Assembly: GCA_046732015.1 (NCBI GenBank)
Contig: JBKPMF010000091.1
Location: 1-29,256 of the forward strand
Direction: 5' to 3'
Length of the DNA stretch: 29,256 bases
Source of the DNA: Actinomycetota bacterium
Lineage (GTDB): Bacteria > Actinomycetota > UBA4738 > HRBIN12
The position numbers and the translations under genes are program-made. The notes beneath the pieces are model-generated. The model saw only the letters and a program-made list of their open reading frames with translations, was not told where the DNA came from and did no database searches. Each line of letters begins with the position of its first letter. Position 1 is the first letter of the stretch. Positions 15,071 through 22,378 of the stretch are shown one piece after another.

Positions 15071-17629
15071 TTAGCCCTCCGCCGGTCCCTCGGTGGAGGG
15101 GATCGATGCCGCCGCGGTCGTCGTGGCCGCCGGCTGCTTGCGGGCGGCGGGCTTCTTCTTCGCGGCCGGCTTCTTCTTGGCTGTCGACTTCTTCCTCGTC
15201 GACTTCTTGGCGGTGGACTTCTTCGCCGTTGGCTTCTTCGCAGCGGCACGCGCGGCCTTCGCGGCGGCCTTGGCCTGCCGAGCCGCGGTCTCCGCTTCGA
15301 CGTCGCCGTCCTTCGTCACGTGGAAGTCCAGGTCCAGCTCGGCACCGCAGCCCCAGCACCGGAGCGACTTGGGCCGTCGGAGCAGGAGGGAACCGCACTG
15401 GGGACACGGGTGGTCCTTCTCCGGCGGGTTGCCCACCGCGCAGTCGCAGTCGGGGTAGCGGCTGCAGCTGTAGAACATCGTGCCGAACCGGCTGCGCTTC
15501 TCGATCAGCTCACCCTGCTTGCACTGCGGGCAGGTGACGCCGGTCGAGACGGGCGGATCCTTCTTGATGTACTTGCAGTCGGGGTAGCCGCTGCATCCGG
15601 TGAACGGCCCGAAGCGGCCCACGCGCTTCTGCAGCTGCCTGCCGCACTCGGGGCACAGTTCGTCGAGCATCTCGGGCTCGGGACGCACGCTGCCGTCCAT
15701 GTTCCGGATGTACTTGCAGTCCGGGTAGTTCGTGCAACCGATGAACTTGCCGTAGCGGCCGAGCTTCACCTCGAGCTTGCCCGGCTCCCGTCCCTCGGTG
15801 GGACACAGGGGACATTCCTCGTCGAGCTCCTCGCTGAAGCGCTCGAACGAGTGCTCGGCCTTCTCCAGGGCGCGTTCGAACGGTCCGTTGAACTCGTGGA
15901 GCATCTGGACCTTGCCCAGGTCGCCCTCGGCGATGTCGTCGAGTTCCTTCTCCATGTACGCGGTGAACGTGACGTCGACCACATCGGGGAAGTGCTCGAT
16001 CAGCTTATCGGTGACCACCTCGCCGGTGTCGGTGGGGGTGAACCGCTTGTCCTCCAGCGTCACGTACTGTCGGCGCTGGATCGTGTCGATGATCGAGGCG
16101 TACGTGGACGGACGGCCGATCCCGAGTTCCTCGAGCGTCTTGACCAGCGACGCCTCGCTGTAGCGCGGCGGCGGCTGCGTGAAGTGCTGCTCGGGCAGGA
16201 CCTCGAGCATGCGCAGCAGCTGGTCCACGGTGAGCTCGGGCAGCATCTTCTCGGCGTCCTCGTCAGGACCTTCGTCCCGGCCCTCCTTGTAGACGCGGAT
16301 GAACCCGTCGAAGATCATCGTCTGGCCGGTGGCCCGCAGGCCGTACGTCACGTCGCCGGCTCCTTCTTCCTGCGCGGCGGCGGCCGCGACCGCCGACACG
16401 TCGATGCCCACCTGGTTGAAACGGGCCTCGGCCATCTGGGTCGCCATCGTGCGCTGCCAGATCAAGGTGTAGAGGCGGAGTTGGTCGCGGTCCAGGACGC
16501 TCGCCATGCGACTCGGGGTGCGCATCACGCTGGTGGGACGCACCGCTTCGTGTGCCTCCTGGGCGTTGCGCGACTTCGTCTTGTACCGGCGGAACTCCGC
16601 CAGCGAGTACTCCGTGCCGTAGTCGGTCTTGACGAGTTCGGCGATCTCTCGCAAGGCGGTGTCGCTGATCGTGACCGAGTCCGTCCGCATGTAGGTGATG
16701 AGCCCCACGCTGCCTTCGCCCGGCAACGTGATGCCTTCATAGAGGCGCTGGGCCACCGACATCGTCTTGCGGGCGCCGAACCCGAGCTTGCGTGCGGCCT
16801 CCTGCTGCAGGGTGGAGGTGGTGAACGGCGGCGACGGAGAGCGCTTGCGTTCCTTGCGCTCGACGTTCGTGACCTGGTAGCTGGCCCGGCGCAGGCGCTC
16901 CACGTGCGTGGCGGCATCGGCCTCGGTGGAGAGCAGCACGCCCTTCTTGTCGGGTGAGGTGGCGAGCTTGCCGTCGGGGATCTGATTCAGGCGCGCGGTG
17001 AAGGGCTGATCGGTGCCGTCGGGGGTGAGGCGGACGTCGACGCTCCAGTACTCCACCGGGTTGAACGCCCGGATCTCGCGCTCCCGCTCGACGATGAGGC
17101 GCACGGCCACCGACTGGACGCGGCCGGCGGACAGGCCCGGGCGGACCCGCTTCCACAGGATCGGCGAGATGCGGAATCCCACCAGGCGGTCCAGGATGCG
17201 GCGAGCCTCCTGCGCGTCGAACAGCTGCAGGTCGATCTCACGGGGCTCCTGGAAGGCCGCGAGGATCGCATCGCGGGTGATCTCGGTGAAGGTCACCCGC
17301 TTCGCGTGGGTGGGGTCGACGCCCAGCAAGGTGGCGACGTGGTAGGCGATGGCCTCACCCTCGCGGTCGTAGTCCGTCGCCAGGATGACGTCGCCCGAGC
17401 CCTTCATGACCTTCTTCAGGTCGGCCAGGTGCTTCTCGGAGTCCTCGGGAACGACGTAATCCGGCACGAAATCGTGCTCGATGTCGACGCCCAGGCCCCC
17501 GAACCCCTTGCCCAGGTCCCGGATGTGGCCATAGGAAGCCCGGACGGCGTAGTCGCCGCCCAGGTACTTCTCGATCGTCTTCGCCTTGGCCGGCGATTCG
17601 ACGACCACCAGGGTCTTGGTATTGGCCAT
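15071..17629 (-). CDS. topA: DNA topoisomerase I (type IA) with four C-terminal Cys4 Zn-ribbon motifs and a Lys-rich tail
   Basis: LVVVESPAKAKTI, LATDYDREGE, SAGRVQS, catalytic ITYMRTDS, GIGRPSTY; SD GAGGAAGG. Confidence 0.96.
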   Translation of the reverse strand: MANTKTLVVVESPAKAKTIEKYLGGDYAVRASYGHIRDLGKGFGGLGVDIEHDFVPDYVVPEDSEKHLADLKKVMKGSGDVILATDYDREGEAIAYHVATLLGVDPTHAKRVTFTEITRDAILAAFQEPREIDLQLFDAQEARRILDRLVGFRISPILWKRVRPGLSAGRVQSVAVRLIVEREREIRAFNPVEYWSVDVRLTPDGTDQPFTARLNQIPDGKLATSPDKKGVLLSTEADAATHVERLRRASYQVTNVERKERKRSPSPPFTTSTLQQEAARKLGFGARKTMSVAQRLYEGITLPGEGSVGLITYMRTDSVTISDTALREIAELVKTDYGTEYSLAEFRRYKTKSRNAQEAHEAVRPTSVMRTPSRMASVLDRDQLRLYTLIWQRTMATQMAEARFNQVGIDVSAVAAAAAQEEGAGDVTYGLRATGQTMIFDGFIRVYKEGRDEGPDEDAEKMLPELTVDQLLRMLEVLPEQHFTQPPPRYSEASLVKTLEELGIGRPSTYASIIDTIQRRQYVTLEDKRFTPTDTGEVVTDKLIEHFPDVVDVTFTAYMEKELDDIAEGDLGKVQMLHEFNGPFERALEKAEHSFERFSEELDEECPLCPTEGREPGKLEVKLGRYGKFIGCTNYPDCKYIRNMDGSVRPEPEMLDELCPECGRQLQKRVGRFGPFTGCSGYPDCKYIKKDPPVSTGVTCPQCKQGELIEKRSRFGTMFYSCSRYPDCDCAVGNPPEKDHPCPQCGSLLLRRPKSLRCWGCGAELDLDFHVTKDGDVEAETAARQAKAAAKAARAAAKKPTAKKSTAKKSTRKKSTAKKKPAAKKKPAARKQPAATTTAAASIPSTEGPAEG
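15137..15238 (-). repeat. Lys-rich low-complexity coding repeat (AKKST/AKKKP) in the TopA tail
   Basis: KKPTAKKSTAKKSTRKKSTAKKKPAAKKKPAARK; repeated cttctt on the + strand. Confidence 0.85.
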
Positions 17630-17688
17630 GGCCGGGGACCTTCCTCATGACCCGCGGGATCCGTTGATCGGCGGGCCGGTTCGCGGGG

Positions 17689-17697
17689 ACGGTACCA
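17689..17697 (-). promoter_or_regulatory. Extended -10 TGG-TACCGT for topA
   Basis: TGn + TANNNT about 60 nt upstream of the start. Confidence 0.45.
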
Positions 17698-17763
17698 CCG
17701 GTCACCGGCGAAGCGGCGCAGGTCGCAGGCGGTGGCATCCCCTCTGGAGCCCCCAGAACACGC

Positions 17764-17772
17764 TGGTACCTT
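17764..17772 (+). promoter_or_regulatory. Extended -10 TGG-TACCTT for dedA
   Basis: TGn + TANNNT upstream of SD GAGGAAAGG (17792..17800). Confidence 0.45.
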
Positions 17773-17807
17773 CTTCCTATTCCCCGGCCCTGAGGAAAGG
17801 TTCTCCC

Positions 17808-18500
17808 CTGCTCGCCCTGTTCACCGACACCGTGACCCAGGCCCTGTCCGATTACGGATACCTGGCGATCTTCGTCCTGATGCTGCTGGAATCGGCTTGT
17901 ATCCCGATCCCCAGCGAGGTCACGATGCTGTTCGGTGGAGCCCTCACCACGGCGGCGTTCGCGGGGGCGGGCAACGAGCTCACGCTGGCGGGGGTCGTGC
18001 TGGCGGGCACCCTGGGGAACCTGATCGGTTCCTGGCTGGCCTACTGGGCCGGCGACTACGGCGGCCGGCCCATGATCGACCGGTGGGGCCGTTACCTGTT
18101 GATCCGGCCCCACGAGGTGGACCGGGCCCACGCCTGGTTCCAGCAGCGCGGTGAGGTCACGGTCTTCGTCTCCCGGCTGCTACCCGTGGTGCGCACGTTC
18201 ATCTCCTTGCCGGCGGGGGTGGCCGAGATGCCGTTCTGGCGATTCACGCTCTACACCCTCCTGGGGTGCCTGCCCTGGTGCCTGGCGCTGGCCCTGATCG
18301 GGGCGGCGCTGGGCGACCGGTGGACGGTAGCCGAGGAATACATCCGTGAGTTCGCCTGGGTGATCGCCGCGGTCATCCTCGTGGCGGGCGTCATCGTGGT
18401 GAAGCGCCGCTGGAAGAGCGTTCGCGCCGACTACGCGGCGCTCGATGCGGCCGCGGCCGCCGCGGCGGCATCTGAGGACGGAACCTCGCTCCCGGACTGA
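17808..18500 (+). CDS. DedA-family membrane protein
   Basis: LESACIPIPSE, GNLIGSWLAYWAGDYGGR, FVSRLLPVVRTFISLPAG. Start uncertain: CTG 17808 (SD-supported) or GTG 17832. Confidence 0.88.
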   Translation: MLALFTDTVTQALSDYGYLAIFVLMLLESACIPIPSEVTMLFGGALTTAAFAGAGNELTLAGVVLAGTLGNLIGSWLAYWAGDYGGRPMIDRWGRYLLIRPHEVDRAHAWFQQRGEVTVFVSRLLPVVRTFISLPAGVAEMPFWRFTLYTLLGCLPWCLALALIGAALGDRWTVAEEYIREFAWVIAAVILVAGVIVVKRRWKSVRADYAALDAAAAAAAASEDGTSLPD

Positions 18501-18515
18501 GTCGGACGAAACCCT

Positions 18516-18995
18516 CTACAGGTTGACCAGCATCGTCCAGCTGTCGCCGTGCTCGCCCACCTTCTCGAAGCCGACGCGCTGGTACATCATCCGGGACCGG
18601 TTGTGCACGGCCACCGACAACGACAGGGTCCGGTAGCCCTCCTCGCGGGCCTGCACCATGGCTGCACGCAGCAGCGTGCCGCCGATCCCCTTCCGCCGAT
18701 GCAGCGGCTCCACGGCCACCGACACCTCCGGCGTCTTCTCGTCCACGAACCCGTAGCCCGGTTCCTCGGCCGTGAACAGCCGGTACCACACGGCCCCGAT
18801 GGGCACGCCTTCCATCTCGGCGATCACGCCGCCGTCGCCAGGGCGGCCCCAGCCCTCGTGGTAGCGGCGCTGGATGGGTTCGTCGAGGACCTCCTGGATC
18901 GGCTCGCGCGGCCAGTCCGGATTCCATCGGGCGGCTTCGTACAGCATCGTCTTGAGGAAGTCGTCGTCGTCCTTGTTCGCCGGCCTGATGTTCAT
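18516..18995 (-). CDS. GNAT-family N-acetyltransferase
   Basis: VAVEPLHRRKGIGGTLL (acetyl-CoA motif A), LSVAVHNRSRMMYQRVGF; SD AGGAGG. Start moved from 19097 to 18995. Confidence 0.88.
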   Translation of the reverse strand: MNIRPANKDDDDFLKTMLYEAARWNPDWPREPIQEVLDEPIQRRYHEGWGRPGDGGVIAEMEGVPIGAVWYRLFTAEEPGYGFVDEKTPEVSVAVEPLHRRKGIGGTLLRAAMVQAREEGYRTLSLSVAVHNRSRMMYQRVGFEKVGEHGDSWTMLVNL

Positions 18996-19033
18996 CCTTG
19001 GTCCTCCTGGGGGTGTGCGAAGCTTCGGCGCGC

Positions 19034-19990
19034 ATGCCAAACCTAACGCAGCGAGCCACCTACCGGGTGCGCGACACCGCCCAGACCGCACTGGCACGCG
19101 CGATCCAGATGACGAGCCAGTTCCTGGGGCGGTTCACGCCGGGGGTGCAGACCCGCATCGTCCGCGGGGTGCAGGTGTGCGTCGAGGTCCACGTCAAGAG
19201 CGGCGCCGACGACGTGAGCACGCACGCCGCGGCCCTCACGTACGCGGCGTTCCTGTCCCTGGTCCCGCTGATCATGCTGGGCCTGGCGGTCACCGGGAAG
19301 GTCGAAGCGAGCGCCGCCTCGGACGCGCACTGGTACTCGGCGTTCGTCAACTCGATCCCCGGGCTCGCGCCGTTGATCGAGAGCCAGCAGCAGGCGCTGA
19401 CCCGGAACGCCACGAGCCTCGGCCTGATCGGGATCGTCACCGTCCTGTGGACTGCCTCCACGCTGACGAACCGGGCGCAGCGCGCCCTCGGGATCGTGTT
19501 CGGCGCCCCCAGGCGCGTGATCGCCAACCGGTTCCGAGCGCTGGGGGTGACGGTCGGCCTCGGGGTGACGCTGATCGTGACCCTGGCGTTCACCGGCCTC
19601 ATCGTGGGCCTGCACGTCGAGGGCCTGCTCTCGTTCCCGCTGAAGGTCGCGAGCTTCGTGGTCCTGCTCGTGATCGACATCGGGTACTTCACCCTGGCGT
19701 ACTGGGCGCTGACGCCGATGCGCGGGGTTCCGTTGCGAGAGCATCTCGCCGGCGGCGTCCTGATGGCCGTGGGATGGGCCATCCTGTCGTTCGTAGGCGT
19801 GTACCTGGTCGACCGATCGATCAGTCACGCGTCCGCGCTCTACGGCACGCTAGGCACCGTCTTCGGGCTGCTGCTGTTCATCCGACTGGCGATGTGGCTG
19901 TTCCTCTACGGAGCCGAGGTCACATCACTGGTCCACCGCATCCGCCTCGGCGACGAGACGGGCGCCGGCACGTCAGGCGTTCGCGGGTGA
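19034..19990 (+). CDS. YihY/BrkB-family membrane protein
   Basis: AAALTYAAFLSLVPLI, VLWTAS, LYGTLGTVFGLLLFIRLAMWLFLYGAEV. Start approximate. Confidence 0.8.
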   Translation: MPNLTQRATYRVRDTAQTALARAIQMTSQFLGRFTPGVQTRIVRGVQVCVEVHVKSGADDVSTHAAALTYAAFLSLVPLIMLGLAVTGKVEASAASDAHWYSAFVNSIPGLAPLIESQQQALTRNATSLGLIGIVTVLWTASTLTNRAQRALGIVFGAPRRVIANRFRALGVTVGLGVTLIVTLAFTGLIVGLHVEGLLSFPLKVASFVVLLVIDIGYFTLAYWALTPMRGVPLREHLAGGVLMAVGWAILSFVGVYLVDRSISHASALYGTLGTVFGLLLFIRLAMWLFLYGAEVTSLVHRIRLGDETGAGTSGVRG

Positions 19991-22330
19991 GGGCTCGGCT
20001 GCGCCCGAGGCGTGAGGGTCGAGGAGGAACGGCACGGCCGTCAGCACGGCCCGCTCCTCGAACAAGAACAGGCGCTTGACGAACAGCGCGGTCTGGTTGT
20101 GCAGCGGCAGTTGCCACCAGCGGTGCACCACGAACTCGGGGATGATGACGTTGACCACGGTGTCGACGCGCTGGGTGTAGCGGCGCACCTCGTCGAGCAT
20201 CGGACCGGTCAGGTCGCGGAACGGCGCCCCCACGATGTCGAGCGGGATCTCCAGTCGCGCGTCGAACCATCGCTGCTCGAGCTCATGCGCTTCGTCGGGG
20301 TCCAGGTCGAAGTAGATGGCCCGGGTCTCGGCGGCGCCGATCGATTGCGCGTAGTTGACGGCCCGTATGGTCACCTCGTTGACGTTCGAGACGAAGACCA
20401 GCGTCACGGTGCGCAAGGGGATCAGCGGACGCGCGTCGACCCCGGCGGGGCCGGCGTCCCGTGTCGCCACGGGCACGTCGGTGACCACCACGTTGGGTTC
20501 GCGCAGCAGGCTGTTCTTCAAACGGATCAGCATCCGGTTGCGCAGCACGTAGGCCGAGAGCCCGCCGCGGACCTCCTCGGGCACCACGACCGTCACGAAG
20601 TCCTCAGGGCTCCGGTCGAGACCGCGGACGAACTGGCGGACCTGCCGCCGCAGGTCGCCGCGGCCCGTGAGCGGCTCCAGATCGGGGGCGTCTCCCGCGA
20701 ACCCACGCCAGGCATCGACCATCTCGGGCGGCACCGCCCCGTGGGGGGCGGGATACACCACGTGCAGGTTCGAGGGCCGGAACGAACGGATGTAGCCGAG
20801 GGCCTCAGCGGTGGCGGCGTCGAGGTGCTGCACGAGCAGCACGACGTGGTTGCCGCCGTACTCCCCGGGCCGGACCGTGCCCCGCTGCAGTTGGGCGGCC
20901 ACCGCGGTGTAGTGCCGGTGGATCGCCCGCAGCAACGGGATGATCGCGATCATCACCAGGATCGAGAGCCACGCTCCCTTGGCGAACTTCGTGGCCGTCA
21001 CCACCACCAGGACGATCGCGGTCGTGAACCCGCCGATCGCGTTGACCACCATGGCGCTGCGCCACTTCGGGTAGGCGTCGGCGCCCTTGCGTGCCTCGGT
21101 ACGCCAGTGCTTCACCATGCCGGTCTGCGACAGCGTGAACGAGGTGAACACGCCCACGACGTACATCTGGATCAACTTCGTGAGGTTCGCGTCGAAGGCG
21201 TAGATCACGATGATCGAGGCCAGCCACAGTCCGATCACCCCGTTGGAGAAGACCAGCCGGTCACCACGGTTCATGAACTGGCGCGGCATGTAGCGGTCGC
21301 GGGCCAGGATCGCCGAGAGCCGCGGGAAGTCCTGGTAGGCGGTGTTCGCCGCAAGGATCAAGATCGCGGCCGTGAACCCCTGCACGATGTAGAAGAACAC
21401 CCCGCCGTGCGAGACCGTGAACGCGATCTGACCCAGGACCGATCGTTCCTCGCTCGGGACGATGCCGTGGATGTGGGTGGCCAGGAACGAGATCGCGAGG
21501 AACATCGTGATCGCGATGATGCCCATCATCGCCAGCGTGGTCGACGCGTTGTGCGCCTGCGGCCGGCGGAACGCCGGCACGCCGTTGGAGATGGCCTCGA
21601 CGCCGGTGAGCGCCGTCGACCCGGACGAGAAGGCGCGCAGGATGTACCAGAGGGTCACCGTGCCCACCCCGGTGGCGAGTTCCGGCAGCGGCGGCACGTG
21701 CGCCGCGACGGGACATCCACCGACACACTGGTAGAACCCCACCACCGCCATGATGAAGACGCACAGGATGAACCCGTAGGTGGGCACCGCGAACACCGTG
21801 CCGGCCTCCTTCACCCCGCGCAGGTTCGCCAACGTGATCAGCGTGACGAACCCGATCGCCAGCGCCACTCGGTGTTCGGACAGCGACGGGATCGCCGACG
21901 TGATCGCGACCACGCCGGCCACCGTCGAGACCACCACGGTGAGCATGTAATCCACCAACAGGGCCGAGGCGGCCACCAGGCCCGCGCCCTCGCCCAGGTT
22001 CTCCTTGCTCACGATGTAGGCGCCGCCGCCGCTGGGATAGGCCTTCACGGTCTGGCGGTAGGACAGGATCACGATCACCATCAAGGTGGAGACCGCGACG
22101 GCGATCGGGAACGTGAGGCTCCCCGCCGTGGTGCTGACGCTCAGCAGCACCAGCAGGATCTCCTCGGTGGCGTAGGCCACCGATGACAAGGCATCCGAGG
22201 AGAAGACGGGAAGCGCCAAGATCTTGGGGAGCAGCGTGTGCTCCATGCGGTCGCTGGACACGGCGCGCCCCACCAGCAGACGCTTGGTGAGGCCGCCGGA
22301 AGCGTGCGATGGCGTGGCGGTCGGTGGCAT
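19973..22330 (-). CDS. KimA/YdaO-like (APC-fold) potassium transporter, copy 1, with a tandem cytosolic domain
   Basis: PVFSSDALSSVAYATEE, YPSGGGAY, LLVDYMLTV, ALTGVEAISNGVP, ANTAYQDFPRL, FMNRGDRLVFSNG, HNQTALF. Confidence 0.85.
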   Translation of the reverse strand: MPPTATPSHASGGLTKRLLVGRAVSSDRMEHTLLPKILALPVFSSDALSSVAYATEEILLVLLSVSTTAGSLTFPIAVAVSTLMVIVILSYRQTVKAYPSGGGAYIVSKENLGEGAGLVAASALLVDYMLTVVVSTVAGVVAITSAIPSLSEHRVALAIGFVTLITLANLRGVKEAGTVFAVPTYGFILCVFIMAVVGFYQCVGGCPVAAHVPPLPELATGVGTVTLWYILRAFSSGSTALTGVEAISNGVPAFRRPQAHNASTTLAMMGIIAITMFLAISFLATHIHGIVPSEERSVLGQIAFTVSHGGVFFYIVQGFTAAILILAANTAYQDFPRLSAILARDRYMPRQFMNRGDRLVFSNGVIGLWLASIIVIYAFDANLTKLIQMYVVGVFTSFTLSQTGMVKHWRTEARKGADAYPKWRSAMVVNAIGGFTTAIVLVVVTATKFAKGAWLSILVMIAIIPLLRAIHRHYTAVAAQLQRGTVRPGEYGGNHVVLLVQHLDAATAEALGYIRSFRPSNLHVVYPAPHGAVPPEMVDAWRGFAGDAPDLEPLTGRGDLRRQVRQFVRGLDRSPEDFVTVVVPEEVRGGLSAYVLRNRMLIRLKNSLLREPNVVVTDVPVATRDAGPAGVDARPLIPLRTVTLVFVSNVNEVTIRAVNYAQSIGAAETRAIYFDLDPDEAHELEQRWFDARLEIPLDIVGAPFRDLTGPMLDEVRRYTQRVDTVVNVIIPEFVVHRWWQLPLHNQTALFVKRLFLFEERAVLTAVPFLLDPHASGAAEPSPANA

Positions 22331-22340
22331 GGCGCCCGAC

Positions 22341-22346
22341 AGCCTA
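22341..22346 (-). promoter_or_regulatory. Putative -10 TAGGCT, 10 nt before the start of transporter copy 1
   Basis: TANNNT match with no SD; the same hexamer and spacing occur before trkA (27164). Confidence 0.4.
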
Positions 22347-22378
22347 CGCCCCGGTCGGACGCCCGACGCCCACGGCGG

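Noticed and set aside
13160-16957. 1265-aa + strand ORF
   Set aside because: Antisense shadow of tmk/topA. High-GC codon bias removes stops on the opposite strand, and there are no recognisable motifs.
17630-17807. Riboswitch or ncRNA between topA and dedA (shared TCCCCGGCC, short stems)
   Set aside because: Two divergent promoters and SD sequences explain the region, and the stems are short and expected at this GC content.
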